Part shown: in pieces, positions 17,193-26,776 of the stretch | Position numbering within the stretch: the stretch's first letter is position 1 | Layout of the letters: each line of letters starts with the position of its first letter | NCBI GenBank assembly: GCA_965246995.1 | Contig: OZ252008.1 | Span: forward strand, 562,323 to 626,322 | Reading direction: 5' to 3' | Length of the DNA: 64,000 nucleotides | Source: Vicinamibacterales bacterium | GTDB taxonomy: Bacteria > Acidobacteriota > Vicinamibacteria > Vicinamibacterales > UBA8438 | Notes under the pieces: model-generated | Databases searched by the model: none | Told to the model about the DNA's origin: nothing | The model's input: the letters and a program-made list of their open reading frames with translations, nothing else | Made by a program: the position numbers and the translations under genes

Positions 17193-18659
17193 ATGCGGGT
17201 CATCATCGTCGCGTCGATCGCCGGCCGTATCCTGCGGGTCTTCGGCGCCGCCTTTCTCGCCCCCGCCATCGTCGCCGCTCTCTACCGCGAGTGGACGGAC
17301 CTGCCCGGCTTCGTCATCGGCGGGTTGCTCTGCGCCGCGATCGGCGAAGCGATGATTCGCGGATCGCGCGGCGCCGGGGAAGACCTTCGCCGCATCGAGG
17401 CGCTCGCGGTGGTCTCCGGTGTCTGGCTGATGCTCGCCCTGCTGTGCGCGGTGCCCTACGTCTGGGTCGGGCTGCATCCCATCGATGCGTTATTCGAGGC
17501 GATGTCGGGCATCACGGCGACCGGCGCCACCATCCTGGTCGACTTCGACACACCGGGCCGCGGTTTCTTCTTCTGGCGCGCGATGACGCAGTGGCTGGGC
17601 GGCATGGGCGTTATCGCACTGGTGCTGGCGGTACTGCCGCGCCTCGCGATCGGGGTGCGGCAGCTCTTCGTCGCCGAGGTGCCGGGTCCGACCGAGGAGA
17701 AACTGGCGCCGCAGATCCGGAAGACCGCCGCGACGCTCTGGCGCTTTTATGCCGGGCTGACCGTGGCGGAGGTGATCGCACTGATGGTGGCGGGGATGCC
17801 GCTCTTCGATGCGGTCTGCCACGCGTTCACCAATGTCGCGGCGGGCGGGTTCTCGCCGGACCCGCAGTCTATTGCGGGCTACAACAGCGTCGCGATCGAG
17901 TGGATCGTCATCGTCTTCATGTTCTTGTCCGGCGCCAACTTCGCGCTCCAGTACCGCGCGGTGCTCGGTTACCCCGGCGGTCTGGTGCGCGACGACGAAT
18001 TCCGCGCTTACGTCGGCATCGCCACCGGTGCGGCGGCAATCCTGGCCGTGCTGTTGTGGCAGTTGGAATCAGCCGGCGCGCCCATCCGGACGGCGCTGTT
18101 CCAGGTGCTCTCCATCCTGACCACCACCGGCTACGCCAGCGTCGACTTCGAGATGTGGACGGATCAGACGAAGGTGGTGCTGCTCGCCATGATGTTCATC
18201 GGCGGCTGCGCCGGCTCGGCGGCGGGCGGCCCGAAGGTGCTGCGCCACATGCTGATCGGCCGTTTCACGCTGACCGAGCTGCGGCGCACGCTCCATCTGC
18301 GGGGTGTCATGCCCGTCAAGTTGGGCGGGAAGGCGGTGCCGGAGGAAGTAATCCGTTCCGTCCTGGTGTTCTTTCTCTTCTACATCCTGATGTTCGCGAT
18401 TAGCACCGCTGCCCTCATCGCCTTCGGCGCCGACATGGAGACGGCGGTGACCGCGACGGCCGGCACCCTCGGCAACGTCGGGCCGGGTTTCGGCGAGGTG
18501 GGACCGATGACGCACTATGGCAGTCTGCACCCGGTGAGCAAGTTGATGTTGACCGCCGCCATGTGGATTGGCCGCCTCGAGGTGGTCACGGTCCTGGCCC
18601 TCCTTCGCCCGGAGGTGTGGCTGCGGGCCCACTGGCAGGGCATCACCCCGCGCGGTTAG
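17193..18659 (+). CDS. trkH: Trk potassium uptake system, membrane subunit
   Basis: From the ATG at 17193 it reads MRVIIVASIAGRILRVFG... and is polytopic, with TrkH-type selectivity-filter-like segments (SGITATGAT, NVAAGGFS, LTTTGYAS). The track ORF start at 17043 lies inside the MITE. Confidence 0.88.
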   Translation: MRVIIVASIAGRILRVFGAAFLAPAIVAALYREWTDLPGFVIGGLLCAAIGEAMIRGSRGAGEDLRRIEALAVVSGVWLMLALLCAVPYVWVGLHPIDALFEAMSGITATGATILVDFDTPGRGFFFWRAMTQWLGGMGVIALVLAVLPRLAIGVRQLFVAEVPGPTEEKLAPQIRKTAATLWRFYAGLTVAEVIALMVAGMPLFDAVCHAFTNVAAGGFSPDPQSIAGYNSVAIEWIVIVFMFLSGANFALQYRAVLGYPGGLVRDDEFRAYVGIATGAAAILAVLLWQLESAGAPIRTALFQVLSILTTTGYASVDFEMWTDQTKVVLLAMMFIGGCAGSAAGGPKVLRHMLIGRFTLTELRRTLHLRGVMPVKLGGKAVPEEVIRSVLVFFLFYILMFAISTAALIAFGADMETAVTATAGTLGNVGPGFGEVGPMTHYGSLHPVSKLMLTAAMWIGRLEVVTVLALLRPEVWLRAHWQGITPRG

Positions 18660-18695
18660 GCGCGCCGTGGTTCGCCGGCGCTGGTTCGCCGGCAC

Positions 18696-20138
18696 TCACC
18701 CCATTCCCGCGAGCTGCGCGTTCAGGATGTCCCACGCGCGGCGGACATGCCGCTCTTCCGTCCGGATGTGACCAATGGCGAGGCGCAGGGCATACGCGCC
18801 GTGGAGCTTCGTGTGCGAGAGGAAGACCTCGCCGGTGGCGTTGACGGCGTCGAGCAGACGCTGGTTGAGCGCGTCTGGATCGTCACCACCGGTCGTGGCG
18901 CGGAAGCAGACGACGCTGAACGGCACCGGCGAAAGGCGCTCGAAGTCTGGGCTTGCGTCGACCCAGTCCGCGAACTGTTGTGCGAGGCGGATGTGTTCGG
19001 CGAGGCGCTCGCCGATCCCGTCGGATCCGAAGTAACGCAGCACCGCCCAGAGTTTCAGGGCGCGGAACCGGCGGCCGAGCTGCACGCCGGTATCCATCAG
19101 GTTGCGCACGCCGGCGTCGCCTTCGCGGGTCTGCAGATAGTCCGGCGTCAGCGAGAACGCCGCGCGCACATCGTCCATCCGCCGGCAATAGAACGCGCTG
19201 AGATCGAACGGCGTAAACAGCCACTTGTGCGGGTTGACGACTACCGAATCGGCCCGCGCGCAGCCGTCCATCACCCCGCCCATGCCGGGGACCAGCGCGG
19301 CCGCGCCGGCATACGCGGCATCGACGTGCAGCCAGATGCCGCCATCCCCGGCGACCAGATCGGCGATCGCTTCCACCGGATCGACGCTGGTGGTCGACGT
19401 TGTGCCGACCGTCGCGACGACCGCCATCGGGACGATGCCGGCGGCCCGGTCCGCCGCGATTGCTTCCCGCAGCGCATCCGCCCGCATCCGGAAACGGTCA
19501 TCGGCCGGGATCTTCCGGATCGCGTCCAACCCCAACCCGAGTGTCATCACCGCCTTGTCGACCGATGAATGCGCCTGCTCGGAGGCGTACACGGCCAGCG
19601 GTGGCAGGTCCGCGCGCCCTGCCATCCCCCGTGTCCGTGTCTCCGGCGCGGCCCGATGGCGCGCCGCCGCCAGCGCGTGCAGCGTCGAGATCGACGCCGT
19701 GTCGTAAATCACGCCTTCGAACGGCTCAGGCAGCCCGAGGAGTTGCCGGAGCCAGCCGAGGGTTACCTCTTCCAGCTCTGTCGCGGCGGGCGAGGTCCGC
19801 CACAGCATCGCCTGCACGTTGAGCGCGGCGGAAAGAAACTCCGCCAGCACGCCGGGGGCGCTGCCCGAGATGGCGAAGTATCCGAAGAAGCCGGGGTGGT
19901 TCCAGTGGGTGAGGCCGGGGACGACTACGCGCTCGAAGTCGCGGAAGATCGCCTCGAACTCCACCCCTTCGCGGGGCGGGTAGTCGGGCAGCGCGCCGCG
20001 GATGTCGCCCGGATTGGCGCGCGACAGTACCGGATAGCGTTCCGTGTCATCGAGGTACGTCGCGATCCAGTCGACGAGCGCATGCCCCTCGCGCCGAAAT
20101 GCCTCCGCATCCATGTCGCCGAGGCGTCTGCTGGACAC
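18696..20138 (-). CDS. PLP-dependent group II decarboxylase (aromatic-L-amino-acid/tyrosine decarboxylase-like)
   Basis: MDAEAFRREGHALVDWIATYL...THWNHPGFFGYFAISGS...NPHKWLF carries the PLP-lysine motif. The likely start is the ATG at 20114. Confidence 0.85.
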   Translation of the reverse strand: MSSRRLGDMDAEAFRREGHALVDWIATYLDDTERYPVLSRANPGDIRGALPDYPPREGVEFEAIFRDFERVVVPGLTHWNHPGFFGYFAISGSAPGVLAEFLSAALNVQAMLWRTSPAATELEEVTLGWLRQLLGLPEPFEGVIYDTASISTLHALAAARHRAAPETRTRGMAGRADLPPLAVYASEQAHSSVDKAVMTLGLGLDAIRKIPADDRFRMRADALREAIAADRAAGIVPMAVVATVGTTSTTSVDPVEAIADLVAGDGGIWLHVDAAYAGAAALVPGMGGVMDGCARADSVVVNPHKWLFTPFDLSAFYCRRMDDVRAAFSLTPDYLQTREGDAGVRNLMDTGVQLGRRFRALKLWAVLRYFGSDGIGERLAEHIRLAQQFADWVDASPDFERLSPVPFSVVCFRATTGGDDPDALNQRLLDAVNATGEVFLSHTKLHGAYALRLAIGHIRTEERHVRRAWDILNAQLAGMG

Positions 20139-20215
20139 GCGTTCAACTGCGTCGTGGGTGCGCCGCGCCGCCGCGGGCGGTCAGGAAGCGGCGCGGCGGC
20201 GCGAGCAGGGTGACG

Positions 20216-20767
20216 TCAGTTGCCGCCCAGGTAGTCGAGCGCGAACGTCTTCAGCGCGTCGCTCCGCAGGCCGATCGCCTCTGCCTCGACCGTCGCATCC
20301 TCGATCGAGTAGCCATCCTGCTTCACCCGCTTGATGAGCCACATGAAGCCCACCCGATTGGCGGATCCGCAGTGGATGTACACCGGCTGGTTCGCCGGCT
20401 CGGCCACCGTGTCCAGGAACTGATCGACGAGCTCGTCCGTCGGCTCCCGGAACGGGATATGGACGTAGTTCAGACCCACATCCTCGGCCGCTTCGCGCGA
20501 CGCCTCGACCCGTGCGTTCCGTTCACCCGCGGTCCGGAAGTTGATGACCGTGTTGAACCCGCGCTCGCGGATCTCCGGCATCGCTTCGGGACCGGTCGCC
20601 CCGGCGCACGCCACCGAGGCGTCTACCCGCGTGTAGTTCGGCACCCCTTCGGGGCCCTCTTCCTGCTGGAAGTTCTGCGCCTGCACGGCCACGACCGTTC
20701 CGGCCGCGACGAGCAGGATCGCAGCGAAAGCCGACACCAACGCCCCCGAGTTTCTTGACTGTTGCAT
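20216..20767 (-). CDS. Secreted or periplasmic Cys-based phosphatase-like protein (DSP-PTPase/DUF442-like)
   Basis: From the ATG at 20767 there is a signal-like segment SAFAAILLVAAGTVVAVQA. The CX5R P-loop is HCGSANRVG. The track ORF start at 20926 is probably too long. Confidence 0.65.
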   Translation of the reverse strand: MQQSRNSGALVSAFAAILLVAAGTVVAVQAQNFQQEEGPEGVPNYTRVDASVACAGATGPEAMPEIRERGFNTVINFRTAGERNARVEASREAAEDVGLNYVHIPFREPTDELVDQFLDTVAEPANQPVYIHCGSANRVGFMWLIKRVKQDGYSIEDATVEAEAIGLRSDALKTFALDYLGGN

Positions 20768-20807
20768 GACGGGTGATTGTACCATCGCTCCAGGGAGGGA
20801 GCCACAC

Positions 20808-21272
20808 ATGCCTGACGTCGTCCATACCAGCCGGATGCGGATCGAACGGGTGAAGGGCCCGGTCCGCCAAGCGTTTCTCGAGGGCTTCGACACGCCGATC
20901 CGCTTCGGCGTCCACGGGGGCATCAAGAAGTTCTACGGCGTCGAGCCTGAAGAGGAAGTCCCCGCGACGCTGGACTACATCGTCGGCGCAGTCGGCGGTT
21001 GACTGCTCGGGACACTTGCACGCGCACTGGAAGTGCGCAAAATTCCGGCGCCGCCCGACAAGATCAAGGCCCAGGTGGAGGGCGACATCGAGGCGATCGA
21101 CAATGTGCTGCGCATTACGCGCATCCGGGTCCGGTACGACCTGACGGTTCCGAGCGGGATGCGGGAGGCCGCCGAGCGCGCCGTCGCGAAGCACCCGAAG
21201 GGCTGCCCCGCTGCGAACAGCGTTGCCGGCTGCATAGACCTCGACATCACCGCCGACATCACCGAGGAGTAG
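20808..21272 (+). CDS. OsmC/YhfA-family peroxiredoxin-like protein with an in-frame TGA (21000-21002) at the conserved active-site Cys position; candidate selenoprotein
   Basis: Track ORFs 20766-21002 and 21033-21272 are in the same frame (both starts are divisible by 3) and are separated only by the TGA. The joined sequence is ...PATLDYIVGAVGG-[TGA]-LLGTLARALEVRKI...KHPKGCPAANSVAG. It parallels E. coli YhfA ...PSPMEMVLMAAGG-C-SAIDVVSIL...EKYCSVA (from memory). A GGGAGGGA site precedes the ATG at 20808. Confidence 0.6.
21022..21038 (+). promoter_or_regulatory. Candidate bacterial SECIS hairpin for the OsmC-like gene
   Basis: GCGCACU-GGA-AGUGCGC forms a perfect 7-bp stem. The G-rich apical loop starts 26 nt after the UGA. 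Confidence 0.4.
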
Positions 21273-21312
21273 GTCCACCGGCCCGCGGGCCGGCTTCGCC
21301 AAGACTCTCGCC

Positions 21313-22881
21313 GTGCCGCGCCTCATGCCGGACGTTCCAACCGCGGCGACCGTCCGGTGGCGCCCCTGGTGCGCGTCCACGTTCACGGATGCCCGCAGTG
21401 CCGGCGTCCCGGTGTTGCTGTCGCTCGGGCCGTCCTGGTGCCGCGCCACCGCCGCGATGGCGTCGGCCACGTACGGGGATCCCACCGTTGCCGCGCACGT
21501 TGCGGATCGGTTCATCCCGGTCCACGTCGATCCCGACGCACGTCCCGACATCGCCGACCGCTACAGCCTGGGCGGCTGGCCCACCACCGCCTTCCTGACA
21601 CCGGACGGCGACCTGCTGGGCGGCGAGACGTACATCCCGCCCGAACGGATGCGCGGCCTGTTGCCGCAGGTTGCCGACGCCTTCGCCGCACAGCGCGACG
21701 CGATTGCCGGGCGCGGCGGATCGGCAAGGGAAACACCCGTGCCGCCGTCCGCGCCCGACCGGACGATCGACGGTTGGCTCGCTGCCCACCTGCTCGATCA
21801 ATTCGACGCCACGCACGGCGGTTTCGGATCGGCGCCGAAGCGTGTGCATGCGGCGGCGCTCGAATATGCGGCGCGCCGCGCTGGGGCGGGGGACGACCGA
21901 TTTGGCGAGGTGGTCGATCGGACGCTGCGGGCGATCGGATGGGGTGGGCTGTACGACGACGTCAACGGCGGCGTGTTCCGCTATTGCGCGCGATCGGACT
22001 GGACGGAGCCGGCGACCGAGAAGCTGCTCGGTACGAATGCCGCGGCCTTGCGGCTCTTCCTGGAACGCGACGATGACCGTTGTCGGGAACGCGCCGTCCA
22101 TCTGATCAGCTACGTCCGGCGCACGCTGCTCGGGCGGCCGCATGGGCGCGCGGTGTTCTTTGCGAGTCAGCGGGCGGATCCGGCTTTCTATAGCTGCCGG
22201 TCGGGAGACCGGCGCGCCGACCGGCGCACAGACCACGACTACAGCCGGTCTGGAGACCGGCGAACGAATGAGCGCACCCACGAGACGCCGCCGGTGGTGG
22301 ATCGCGCGCTGTACGCGGACGGTACCGCGCTGATGGTCCGGGCCTGGACACGCGCCGCAACGGTGCTGGGTGACGAGAAGCTGCTGGCGGATGCGGTCGA
22401 CGCGCTGGAGCATGTGGTTGGCGGCACCTACGAGCGCGGCGGCGGCATCGCGCATCAGGTCGGCGAACGCGCGGACGCCGCCAGCCAGGTGCGAGGGTTG
22501 CTCGTCGATCAGGTGACGAACAGCGGAGCGCTCCTCGATCTGTATGCGGTGACGGACCGTGACGTCTATCTCGACATGGCGCAGGAACTGATGCACTTCT
22601 GCATCCGCCATCTCTGGAACGACGCGGCCGGAGGCTTCCGTGACCGGGTCCACGCGAACGACGACATCGGCCTCCTGCGGGAAGCGGTGTACCCCTTCGG
22701 CCTCAACTGCGACGCCGCTCGGGTCCTCGTCCGCCTCAGCCACCTGACGGGGCAGCCACAGTTTCGCGACCGTGCCCTCTCGACGCTCGCCGCGCAGTCC
22801 GCCGCCGCCCGCCCCCAGGGCGTCGACGCGGCGCCGTACGCCCTCGCGCTGCAGGATCTCGCCGCTACCCGCGATCCGTAG
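21313..22881 (+). CDS. Thioredoxin-fold DUF255/YyaL-like protein with a C-terminal (alpha/alpha)6-barrel-like domain
   Basis: WRPWCASTFTDARSAGVPVLLSLGPSWCRATAAMA...FIPVHVDPDARPDIADRY is DUF255-like, but the usual CHWCH motif is degenerate. It contains an in-frame GC-hairpin repeat insertion at 22193-22270. Confidence 0.65.
   Translation: MPRLMPDVPTAATVRWRPWCASTFTDARSAGVPVLLSLGPSWCRATAAMASATYGDPTVAAHVADRFIPVHVDPDARPDIADRYSLGGWPTTAFLTPDGDLLGGETYIPPERMRGLLPQVADAFAAQRDAIAGRGGSARETPVPPSAPDRTIDGWLAAHLLDQFDATHGGFGSAPKRVHAAALEYAARRAGAGDDRFGEVVDRTLRAIGWGGLYDDVNGGVFRYCARSDWTEPATEKLLGTNAAALRLFLERDDDRCRERAVHLISYVRRTLLGRPHGRAVFFASQRADPAFYSCRSGDRRADRRTDHDYSRSGDRRTNERTHETPPVVDRALYADGTALMVRAWTRAATVLGDEKLLADAVDALEHVVGGTYERGGGIAHQVGERADAASQVRGLLVDQVTNSGALLDLYAVTDRDVYLDMAQELMHFCIRHLWNDAAGGFRDRVHANDDIGLLREAVYPFGLNCDAARVLVRLSHLTGQPQFRDRALSTLAAQSAAARPQGVDAAPYALALQDLAATRDP
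22193..22270. repeat. GC-rich hairpin plus repeat element, copy 3 (in frame inside a CDS)
   Basis: CTGCCGGTCGGGAGACCGGCGCGCCGACCGGCGCACAGACC...GCCGGTCTGGAGACCGGCGAACG. It encodes the low-complexity peptide CRSGDRRADRRTDHDYSRSGDRRTNE. Confidence 0.7.
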
Positions 22882-23005
22882 CGCGCGGGCGGTTGGGCCT
22901 GCCCGGGAAGCCCGAGAAATCGACGCATCCCTATGCAGCCGTGCGAAACACGGAGTGCGCGCCGACGACGCCGATCCCCCGTGCTAGACTTCGCGCCGAA
23001 GAGTC

Positions 23006-24895
23006 GTGCCTTCCGACGCGCTTACCCTCACCGCTCTAGAACAGGTCGCCCTCCGCCTCCGCATCGCGTCCGTCCGCGCGACGAGCGAGGCGGGCAGCGG
23101 CCATCCATCGAGCTGCTGCTCCGCCGCCGACGTCGTGGCGGCGCTCTTCTTCGCGCAGATGCGCTTCGACCCGCGCGACCCGCAGCGTGAGGACAACGAT
23201 CGCTTCGTCCTGTCGAAGGGGCACGCCGCGCCGCTTCTCTACGCCGCCTGGGCCGAAGCGGGCTACGTTCCGAAAGACGAGCTGCTCAATCTCCGCAAGA
23301 TCGATTCCGACCTCGAGGGCCACCCGACGCGGCGGCTGCCGTTCGTCGACGTCGCGACCGGCTCGCTCGGCCAGGGGATCTGCGCCGCGATAGGTATCGC
23401 GCTGAATGCGCGCCGGATCGGTTCCACGTACCGGACGTACGTCCTGATCGGCGACGGCGAATCGGCCGAGGGCTCAGTCTGGGAAGCCGCGCAGGTGGCG
23501 CACCGGCAGGGGCTCGACAATCTCTGCGCCATCACCGACGTCAACGGCTACGGTCAGAGCCGCCCGACGCAGTGGGGCCACGACATGGAGGCCTACCGCG
23601 CGCGGTGGGAAGCTTTCGGCTGGCACGCGATCGTCATCGACGGCCACGACATGCGGCAGATCGTCGACGCGCTCGACCAAGCCGCGCGCACGGCTGGACG
23701 CCCGACGATGATTCTCGCGCGCACGCTGAAGGGGCGGGGCGTCGAGCTCATCGAAGGGAAGGACGGTTGGCACGGCAAGCCGATCCCGCCCGGCGACCCG
23801 CTCGGCACCGCCCTCGCCGAGCTGAACGCGAAGCGGGTGCCAGGGACCGCGACGCCGGATATCCCGCTGCCGCCGGAGCGCGCGCCCTCCGTTCAGGCCG
23901 CGCCGGCACCGAGCGGACCCCCCCGCTTGCCGGCGCCCCCGGCCTATGCGCTGGGTGAGAAGGTAGCGACGCGTGCCGCCTATGGCACGGCGCTTGCCGC
24001 GCTCGGCAGCGCCGACCCGCGCATCGTCGCGCTCGACGCCGACGTCAGCAATTCCACGTTCAGCCAGGACTTCGAGCAGCAACACGCCGATCGCTTCTAC
24101 CAGACCTACATCGCCGAACAGGTGATGGCGGGCATGGCGATGGGCTTCGCGAGCCGCGGCGCTATCCCGTTTCCGTCGACGTTCGCCGCGTTTCTGATAC
24201 GCGCCGCCGACTTCGTCCGGATGGCGGGCATCGGTCAGATGAACATCACGTTCGCGGGGTCGCACGCCGGCGTTTCGATCGGCCAGGACGGGCCGTCCCA
24301 GATGGCGCTGGAAGACCTCGCCATGATGCGCGCGGTCCCCGGCTGCGCCGTGCTGTACCCGAGCGACGGCGTGAGTGCGGCGCGCCTCGTCGAAGCGGCG
24401 GCGGGCTACGCGGGCATGGCCTACATCCGGACGACGCGCCCGGCGACGCCGGTCATCTACGGCCCGGACGAAGTCTTCCCGATCGGCGGCGCGAAAGTGG
24501 TGCGGGAGTCCGCGGACGACGCCGCGACGGTGGTCGCGGCCGGCATCACGCTGTTCGAGGCGCTCGCCGCGCACGACGAGCTTGCCGGTGACGGCATCGC
24601 CGTGCGCGTCATCGATGCCTACTCGGTTCAGCCGGTCGATCGCGACACGCTGCTTGCCGCCGCCCGGCAGACCGGCGGCCGCGTGATCACCGTCGAAGAC
24701 CACTACGCCGCGGGCGGTCTTGGCGACGCCGTCAGCGAGGCCCTCGCGCCCGACGGCATCGTTGTCGAGCGCCTCGCCGTCCGCGGGATTCCCCGCAGCG
24801 GCCCTCCCGCCGACCTGCTGGACCGCCACGGCATCTCCGCGGCCCGCATCGTCGCCGCCGTCCGCCGCCAGGTCGCCGCCGCAAGCTTGCCGTAG
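23006..24895 (+). CDS. tkt: Transketolase
   Basis: SGHPSSCCSAADVVAALFF...DRFVLSKGHAAPLLYA...GSLGQGI...LIGDGESAEGSVWEA carries the ThDP-binding motif, followed by the pyrimidine-binding and C-terminal domains. 629 aa. Confidence 0.9.
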   Translation: MPSDALTLTALEQVALRLRIASVRATSEAGSGHPSSCCSAADVVAALFFAQMRFDPRDPQREDNDRFVLSKGHAAPLLYAAWAEAGYVPKDELLNLRKIDSDLEGHPTRRLPFVDVATGSLGQGICAAIGIALNARRIGSTYRTYVLIGDGESAEGSVWEAAQVAHRQGLDNLCAITDVNGYGQSRPTQWGHDMEAYRARWEAFGWHAIVIDGHDMRQIVDALDQAARTAGRPTMILARTLKGRGVELIEGKDGWHGKPIPPGDPLGTALAELNAKRVPGTATPDIPLPPERAPSVQAAPAPSGPPRLPAPPAYALGEKVATRAAYGTALAALGSADPRIVALDADVSNSTFSQDFEQQHADRFYQTYIAEQVMAGMAMGFASRGAIPFPSTFAAFLIRAADFVRMAGIGQMNITFAGSHAGVSIGQDGPSQMALEDLAMMRAVPGCAVLYPSDGVSAARLVEAAAGYAGMAYIRTTRPATPVIYGPDEVFPIGGAKVVRESADDAATVVAAGITLFEALAAHDELAGDGIAVRVIDAYSVQPVDRDTLLAAARQTGGRVITVEDHYAAGGLGDAVSEALAPDGIVVERLAVRGIPRSGPPADLLDRHGISAARIVAAVRRQVAAASLP

Positions 24896-25048
24896 GCTGG
24901 TGCGGCGTCCAAGTCCGCCGGACTCTCGGTCCGGCAACCTCTGACCGCTCGATGCACGGGTCCGAGGCCGCACATTCGACGTGCAGTTTCAGGGCGAGTT
25001 GGCCGGGGTTGCGGTAGCATAGCGTCCAGGCTTCGCGAAGACGCAGGA

Positions 25049-26776
25049 ATGGTGATCATGTCCAGAAAGACACTGGCGGTGGCGGCGATGCTGGGAATCA
25101 CGCTGATCGGCTCCGACTTCCAAACGCAGGCGCAAACGCAGGATGCCCTCGGCCACGGCTACAGCCGCCCGGCCCGCAGCGTCCATGGCAGCCGTTCCGA
25201 GGTGATCGCCCCGAACGGTATGGTCGCGGCGAGCCAGCCGCTTGCCGCGCAGGTGGGCCTCGAGGTCCTCAAGTCGGGCGGCAACGCGATCGATGCCGCC
25301 GTCGCGGTCAACGCGATGCTCGGCCTGGTCGAGCCGCACATGAACGGGGTTGGCGGCGACCTCTTCGCCATCCTCTGGCACGCCGAGACCGAGCAGCTCT
25401 ATGCGCTGAACGGCACCGGGCGCGCGCCGTACGAGATCAGCCGCGAGACGCTGGTCAGCCAGGGCTACGAACGGATGCCGGGCGCCGGTCCGCTCACCTG
25501 GACGGTTCCGGGCGCGGTCGATGCCTGGTCGCAACTGCTCGAACGCTTCGGCACGATGGAGCTGGCCGACCTGCTCCAGCCCGCCATCGACTACGCGCGC
25601 AACGGCTTCCCGGTCAGCGAGATCATTCAGGGGCAGTGGTCCGGGTCGATGCCGTCCCTCCGCGAGTGGCCGACATCAGCCGCGACGTACCTGCCGAACG
25701 GCAGGCCGCCGGCTGTGGGCGAGCTGTTCAAGAACCCGCAGCTCGCGGACACCTACGAACAGGTCGCGCGCGGCGGCCGCGATGCGTTCTACCGCGGCGA
25801 GATCGCGCGGAAGATAGTCGCGTTCAGTGAAGCGAACGGCGGCTACTTCACGATGGCCGACTTCGAGGATCACACGTCCGAGTGGGTCGAGCCGGTCGGC
25901 ACCAACTACCGCGGCTACGACATCTGGGAGGTACCGCCCAACAGCTCCGGGATCCTCGCACTGATGATCCTGAACATCCTGGAGGGCTATGACATCGCGT
26001 CGCTCGGCCACAACAGCGCGGATGCGCTGCACCTCTTCGCGGAGGCGAAGAAGCTGGTCTGGGCGGATCGCAACACCTACGTCGCCGACGCGAACGCCAA
26101 CACGCTGCCGACGCAGCCGCTCATCTCGAAGCCGTATGCGGAATCGCGCCGCAAGATGATCGACAAGGGACGCGCCGCGACCGAGGTGACCCCCGGCAAC
26201 CCGTTCGAGCACAGCGACACCGTCTATCTGACCGTGGTCGACAAGGACCGGAACGCCATCTCGTTCATCGAGAGCATCTTCGGCGGTTTCGGCTCGAAGA
26301 TCGTGCCGGGCGACCTCGGCTTCGCGCTCCAGAACCGGGGTTCAGGCTTCTCCCTCGAGGAGGGGCACCTCAATTCGCTCGAGCCGCACAAGCGCTCGCT
26401 CCACACCAACATGCCGGGCTTCGTCACCAAGGACGGCAAGCCGTTCATGCCGTTCGGCGTGATGGGCGGTCCGATGCAGCCGCAGGGTCACTGGCAGATC
26501 CTGTCGAACATCATCGACCACGGCATGAACATCCAGGAAGCGGGCGACGCCGCGCGCGTGCGCCACAGCCCGAGCAGCTATCCGGGGGGCACGCTGGCCG
26601 TCGAGCCGGGCATCTCGGACGAAGTCATCGCGGAGCTCCGCCGCCGCGGCCACCATGTCGAACGGCAGGGTGGGGGCGGCATGGGGGGCTACCAGGCGAT
26701 CATGATCCACCCCGAAACCGGCATGCTCCACGGCGGGACCGATCCTCGCAAGGACGGTCTGGTGGCGGGGTACTAG
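25049..26776 (+). CDS. ggt: Gamma-glutamyltranspeptidase
   Basis: It has a signal peptide and GMVAASQPLAAQVGLEVLKSGGNAIDAAVA. The autoprocessing region reads HSDTVYLTVVDKDRNAISFIESIFGGFGS. The stop TAG (26774-26776) lies in the CTAG flank of MITE copy D. Confidence 0.9.
   Translation: MVIMSRKTLAVAAMLGITLIGSDFQTQAQTQDALGHGYSRPARSVHGSRSEVIAPNGMVAASQPLAAQVGLEVLKSGGNAIDAAVAVNAMLGLVEPHMNGVGGDLFAILWHAETEQLYALNGTGRAPYEISRETLVSQGYERMPGAGPLTWTVPGAVDAWSQLLERFGTMELADLLQPAIDYARNGFPVSEIIQGQWSGSMPSLREWPTSAATYLPNGRPPAVGELFKNPQLADTYEQVARGGRDAFYRGEIARKIVAFSEANGGYFTMADFEDHTSEWVEPVGTNYRGYDIWEVPPNSSGILALMILNILEGYDIASLGHNSADALHLFAEAKKLVWADRNTYVADANANTLPTQPLISKPYAESRRKMIDKGRAATEVTPGNPFEHSDTVYLTVVDKDRNAISFIESIFGGFGSKIVPGDLGFALQNRGSGFSLEEGHLNSLEPHKRSLHTNMPGFVTKDGKPFMPFGVMGGPMQPQGHWQILSNIIDHGMNIQEAGDAARVRHSPSSYPGGTLAVEPGISDEVIAELRRRGHHVERQGGGGMGGYQAIMIHPETGMLHGGTDPRKDGLVAGY

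Noticed and set aside
20999-21003. The TGA in the OsmC-like gene, and the TGA at 30484-30486, as simple pseudogene lesions or sequencing errors.
   Set aside because: This is not fully excluded. However, both stops coincide exactly with the redox-active Cys column of families known to have Sec forms, both are followed by a hairpin at SECIS distance, and the downstream frames remain intact. Two independent coincidences make Sec decoding the better reading.
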